A DNA stretch of 64,000 nt from Macrostomum lignano (Eukaryota): positions 1 to 64,000 of the forward strand of contig NIVC01000512.1 of NCBI GenBank assembly GCA_002269645.1, in the 5' to 3' direction. The position numbers were made by a program, and so were the translations under genes. Every line of letters begins with the position of its first letter. Within the stretch, counting starts at the first letter, position 1. The notes below the pieces were generated by a model. It ran no database searches, had not been told where the DNA came from, and saw only the letters and a program-made list of their open reading frames with translations. This document shows positions 58,411-64,000 of the stretch, one piece after another.

Positions 58411-59896
58411 CTTGTCGATTTTGCGCGTACAATCAGGTGTCGCATCTCTGATTGTTGATTTTAAATATTTAAAAAATATTGTTTATCCTTGTAGAGTGGC
58501 GTGCTGCCTTTGAAAATATATTCCTGCTTACTTCATGTTTTTCTTCCGTGTCCTTTTTATACTACTTATCTGGTCAGTAGCCAGTCAGTATTTGTTTTAG
58601 TTTTGATTATCGAATTTCTGCAATAGTAATAAGGTTAAAATTCAATCGGTTGTATTGCAATATTTCATTTTTATTTCTTAGTAACCAGATTTTTTATCAA
58701 GCAGAAACTGCCAGTCACTTTTGTTTATTGATATTTTTATTAATAAGTTTTTCCGTGGCTGTTTTCTCTCCACAACATGTGCCATACATTAGCTGCTCAT
58801 TCCTAGTATTATTGTCAAAAGATCTGCGAATTTGAAATGTGCTATCTATAAAAATACACGAGCAGAGAGTGTGTGCTGTAGCCTAACCCTGCCGCTATAT
58901 AAATGGCTGCAAAATAAACTACTGTTGATAGGTACTTGTGTTCTAACTAAAGCTTTTATTTAATCAGAGTGTCCGCGTTTAGTACACCAGAAAAAAGCTA
59001 ACCACAGTTCTTGAAAACAGGCCTGTTTCATGGCTTTTATAAGTAAAACTATAAAGCTAAAGCTGGTCCTTGAAGTTCGTATGCAATGTACATTATATAA
59101 TCTACAGTCAGCCTAATCTTTCCTACAGACAAAACGTTCCCCTGTGTAGTGACTAGAAACTATTAAGTTAGTAGCACAGTACTTGCATAGAACTTTTATT
59201 GATTATTTTTCTTAGTGCATTTTCCTTATACATGTATTAGTACTATTAGTAGAGTGCCAAAAACATTTCAGTATAACTATGTTAGGTGCTTTACGACTAC
59301 GAAATCAACATTCAAAACTACAAAAAATGCATTTATGAGACAATGTGCAATGAGACAATTTATGCTTTTGTCTAGACAATGATGATAATGAAGGATGCTC
59401 AAATCAATGTTTCAGACTCATTTAAAAATGAGGAACCTGCAGTAATCCAGGACAAAGTTTAGAGCAGACATCATGTAGTCCGCTAATAATATCCAGGATA
59501 CGACGGCTGATTTTTTAAATCCTTAATACGAACCCCTTTAATCCTGCCGCATGCAAGTTTTTATAGGAGTAGGAGTAGAGTAGAGTCTGGAACTCTACTC
59601 CTAGTAGGCACTTGGGGCATGATGACCTATTTAGCTGTATATTTCACTCTGTTGTGAGTGCAAGTGTCAACTGGCTTAGAGTTTTCCTGTCAATTAAAAC
59701 TGACATCGCTCTGTTGCTGAGTGAAATTCGATTTTTTACCTGGCAGGGTCGATGCTTTGGATTGATTTCACACTAAGAAAATTATCGGCTGGCGTGTGTG
59801 GGGACAACTTCCCAAGCAAAGCCCTGACTGCTTAGGTCTGTAATGAACTAAACGGGCTGCATTGCATCTGTCAAATGACCTTCCTCGTCATTTTTC

Positions 59897-60433
59897 TCAA
59901 TTCACTGATTCTCAATTCACCGATTCTCAACTCACTGATTCTCAATTCACCGATTCTCAACTCACCGATTCTCAACTCACCGATTCTAAATTCACCGATT
60001 CTCAATTCACCGATTCTCAACTCACTGATTCTCAACTCACTGATTCTCAATTCACCGATTCTCAACTCACTGATTCTCAATTCACCGATTCTCAACTCAC
60101 CGATTCTCAACTCACCGATTCGCAATTCACTGATTCTCAACTCACCGATTCTCAACTCACCGATTCTCAACTCACCGATTCTCAACTCACCGATTCTCAA
60201 CTCACCGATTCTCAACTCACCGATTCTCAACTCACCGATTCTCAACTCACCGATTCTCAATTCACCGATTCTCAACTCACCGATTCTCAATTCACAGATT
60301 CTCAACTCATCGATTCTCAATTCACCGATTCTCAACTCACCGATTCTCAATTCACCGATTCTCAATTCACCGATTCGCAATTCACCGATTCGCAATTCAC
60401 CTATTCTCAACTCACTGATTCTCAATTCACCGA
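59897..60433. repeat. 15-bp minisatellite CTCACCGATTCTCAA
   Basis: Seen directly. Confidence 0.97.
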
Positions 60434-60887
60434 CTTTGACATCATCACTCAAACATTAAATCACCACAAGTTTACCAATTAATTTTTATTTTATTTCAAA
60501 GGGCGCACGGAACACTTTGAACCTTAATTCGGCTTTCCAAAACCATAAAAATGCTTTCAGTCGCAAAAAACCCTTACTACACTACTCGTAAATCTGCACA
60601 ATTGCCGGCGCACTTTTGTCGCACCAATTTTGGCTTGATAGCTAATTAGATGAGGCTCGGGTGAAATCCCGTGCAGCTTCCTGTTGGCTGACTGTGTCGC
60701 TTGTGCATGTATATTAGTAATAATATTATTATTATTTCACTACAGCCGCCCCGGGAGCCGCTAATTGACAATTTCTCGGCTCGCTTAATTCGATTCGGCC
60801 AGCAAGTGGGAAGGAGGTGGGCAAGTCGGCAGCCATCACTGGGCTTTGAGGCTGGCCGACATTTTGTGATAGGGAAACTTGATGCAG

Positions 60888-61313
60888 TTGACCCAAGCCC
60901 TATGGCTCTTGACCCAGCAGCCTGACCCAAGCCATATGGCTCTTGACTCAGCCTGACCCAAGCCCTATGGCTCTTGACCCAGCAGCCTGACCCAAGCCAT
61001 ATGGCCCTTGACCCAGCAGCTTGACCCTAGTCAAATGGCTCTTGACCTATGGCAGCAGCCTGACCCAAGTCATATGGCTCTTGACCCAGCAGCTTGACCC
61101 TAGTCATATGGCTCCTGACCCAGCAGCTTGACCCTAGTCATATGGCTCTTGACCCAGCAGCTTGACCCAAGCCATACGGTCAATTCATATGGCTCTTGAC
61201 CCAGCAGCTTGACCCTAGTCATATGGCTCTTGACCCAGCAGCTTGACCCTAGTCATATGGCTCTTGACCAGAAGCCTGACCCAAGCCATACGGCTCTTGA
61301 CGCAGCAGCCTGA
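60888..61313. repeat. About 34-bp minisatellite GCAGCCTGACCCAAGCCATATGGCTCTTGACCCA
   Basis: Seen directly. Confidence 0.94.
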
Positions 61314-62039
61314 CAATAAAAAATGATTGATAATTATTTATAACTTCTACAGAGGTTCAGAAATATTTGCAGTTTAAAACAGTGTGAGAATTATTTGAAA
61401 CTGAGCCAGTGCAACTCCCATTCAAGCGCATGCTGACCAGAGCAACTTGGCGCATTCGGAATGAATAAAAAGCTTTGGGCAAAAAAACAAAACAACTTTC
61501 TGGACTCTCAGCAGCTTCTATTCCTCATCGAGGCTGGGCGGGCCTGAATCCGTTTCGTGGGAAAATTAATTGCAAAAAAGGGAGGCCGGGGGGGGGAACT
61601 GACGCGGCCAGATTTCGAGGGTCGACGAGCAGCGCAGCTGCGACGGCGAGGGCGAGGGCGAGAGAGCGCCGAGGACCTGGGGGAGAGACAGAAAAGGATT
61701 ATTTCATCTTTTGCCCCTTCCGCTCCGCCTGTCCCATCCTCGCTGTCGCACGCTACTGAGGGTGTGATGCGGGGCTTGCAGCCTCCTGCAGACCGATTTC
61801 CTGTGTGCCGCGGGTCAGGAAAAACGATGATGAGTCTGCGTGAGATGTCGGGCTTTAAGGCCGCTTCCTGTGTCTGAGCTGCCTACCCTACCGATAGGTC
61901 GCCAGCTTACTCCTCCAACTCGGATGCGAGTCGATGCGACTTCGGTCACGGCCACGCGCTGAGTGCACTTCTGCTGCTGCTGCCTTTTGGCTCTGGGCTG
62001 CTGGGCTGCTTACGCTGTCCCCAAAGACAGCGCAGCATC

Positions 62040-62785
62040 AGAGACGGCACAACCTCAAAGACTGTCCTCAAACCTCAGAGACAGCACAACCTCAAAGACA
62101 GCACAGCCTCAAAGACAGCACAACCTCAAAGACAGCACAACCTCAAAGACAGCACAGCCTCAAAGACAGCACAAACCCAAAGACAGCACAACCTCAAAGA
62201 CAGCAAAGCCTCAAAGACAGCACAACCATAAAGACAGCACAACCTCAAAGACAGCACAACCATAAAGACAGCACAACCATAAAGACAGCACAACCATAAA
62301 GACAGCACAACCTCAAAGACAGCACAACCATAAAGACAGCACAACCTCAAAGACAGCACAACCATAAAGACAGCACAACCATAAAGACAGCACAACCATA
62401 AAGACAGCACAACCATAAAGACAGCACAACCATAAAGACAGCACAACCATAAAGACAGCACAACCATAAAGACAGCACAACCATAAAGACAGCACAACCA
62501 TAAAGACAGCACAACCATAAAGACAGCACAACCTCAAAGACAGCACAACCTCAAAGGCAGCACAACCTCAAAGACAGCAGAACCATAAAGACAGCAAAGC
62601 CTCAAAGACAGCACAACCATAAAGACAGCACAACCTCAAAGACAGCACAACCATAAAGACAGCACAACCATAAAGACAGCACAACCTCAAAGACAGCACA
62701 ACCATAAAGACAGCACAACCATAAAGACAGTACAACCTCAAAGACAGCACAACCTCAAAGACAGCACAACCTCAAAGACAGCACC
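62040..62785. repeat. 17-bp minisatellite AAGACAGCACAACC(TC/AT)A
   Basis: Seen directly. Confidence 0.97.
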
Positions 62786-63257
62786 CTCAGCCAGCATATC
62801 CTCAAAGACAGAAAAATAAAATAAGTAGGAAGCATTTGAGTACAGTCGGTGAAGACTTTCAACTTCATGTCAAAGCCTGACTACTCATTCTCGGGCTCAA
62901 TACTTCACTGACTTTTTTGTTGAGAAATTTCTTCTTCTTCAAGCTAGTCAAGCAAAAGACGGATCTTGTCTGCTTCTTCTACAGGTCTAGTGCTGCAGCT
63001 TTTTTAACCTGTTGCAATTGTGGTAGCTAAGACCCTGAGCTGTACTCAGAGCCGGGCTCATGCATGGGTCGATGTTTACCTCTCCCTTAAGGCAGATGGC
63101 AAGGCGCTGTTTAATAATTGATGGCGCTACCGGTGCACCTTGACTGCTAAATGCGGTGGAAGCAGCTGGGTGGCTAAAATTCTTAGAAGACTTCTTACTG
63201 AGAATTGATTATCCAACTTGACTGCCTGTGGCTCCTGTGCAACGATACACGCCATAC

Positions 63258-63309
63258 CTGGCATGGTTGGTAATGGCGAACTTCAGCTCTTCATTTTTGT
63301 GGTAGAAAC
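63258..63309 (-). CDS. Possible isolated internal exon of an unidentified minus-strand gene (FYHKNEELKFAITNHA)
   Basis: Acceptor AATAAATATAG, donor GTATGG, open frame; no partner exon or homology established. Confidence 0.25.
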
Positions 63310-63344
63310 CTATATTTATTGTGAGCTGCCATGAGCTTCTTTGA

Positions 63345-63362
63345 GCTGCTATGCTCACAGTT

Positions 63363-63397
<35 letters not shown>

Positions 63398-63625
63398 GCT
63401 CACAGCTCATTGAGTGTGTGTGTGTGTGTGCTATGCTCACAGCTCATTCAGTGTGTGTTGACTGTGCTCACAGCTCATTGAGTTTGTGTGTGCTATGCTC
63501 ACAGCTCATTCAGTGTGTGTGTTGACTGTGCTCACAGCTCATTGAGTGTGTGTGTGTGCTATGCTCACAGCTCATTCAGTGTGTGTTGACTGTGCTCACA
63601 GCTCATTGAGTGTGTGTGTGCTATG
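63345..63625. repeat. Compound repeat (TG)n-CTATGCTCACAGCTCATT
   Basis: Seen directly. Confidence 0.9.
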
Positions 63626-64000
63626 CCCAAAGCCCAGTATCCACCCTCATATCGCTATCTACTTACACAAAGTTTAAAAGTGCATTTCAGACGAATAAAA
63701 TGTGCCAGAAACTTTAAGTTTGTCTATTTGAGTAGTACTCATTGAGTATACAGTTGACTTCACATCCAAGTATTCTAGCAGTGTTCTGAATAGGAAACTC
63801 AGATATCTTGTGAGTTGGAGTTTTTCTGGAACAAAAAGCAGAGCGAAGTCAGACTAGCAGTCATGCATGTAGGCAGATAAGGATGCTGAGGTGAGAGCCC
63901 GACGCCCGCCATCATCTCTTATTAATAACCCGGCTATCAGTTTTTTTTCTTCAATCCTATTTTTCTGCAGCGAATGCAAGTGAATGAGGAAGGGAAGTTT

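Noticed and set aside
59730-59800. TTACCTGGCAGGG resembling the U1 snRNA 5' end
   Set aside because: Similarity stops after 13 nt; no stem-loop I/II sequence or Sm site follows.
61560-62030. GC-rich segment with splice-like signals on the minus strand
   Set aside because: Could not build a phase-consistent stop-free exon chain or recognise a product.
63860-64000. Possible plus-strand intron 63889-63970 (GTGAGA...TTTTCTGCAG) before RMQVNEEGKF
   Set aside because: Truncated by the window edge; upstream exon and product cannot be established.

Overview
Eukaryotic (metazoan) genomic DNA with GT-AG introns and very dense micro/minisatellites. GC-rich exons set in repeat-rich introns suggest a free-living flatworm such as Macrostomum, but this is inference only. 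Supported genes: (1) a 10-exon SLC38A10-like amino-acid transporter, + strand 742-9400, with three apparent 1-nt indels; (2) a CDP-alcohol phosphatidyltransferase-family gene, - strand about 11469-12602; (3) a neuregulin/Vein-like ligand, + strand 16827-27912 (signal peptide, N-terminal domain, Ig, EGF, TM, polyQ tail), with a phase-compatible second EGF C-terminal exon and a phase-compatible second TM exon; (4) two tandem intronless orphan genes, 35461-36885 and 42301-43800, with an N-myristoylation motif, a Cys/His cluster and predicted helical bundles, each followed by a 50-bp array built from its own stop-codon region and separated by a decayed Ty3/Gypsy element; (5) a highly divergent ETS-domain gene, about 47512-48658; (6) a complete 6-exon EHD/RME-1 gene, 51789-58082. 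Also present: a PIF/Harbinger-type MITE, LINE and possible DIRS/Ngaro relics, and about 27 tandem arrays including a 4.2-kb C-rich/G-rich 14-mer array. Most long ORFs in the supplied track are artefacts of these arrays. All gene models were spliced by hand and no database searches were run.
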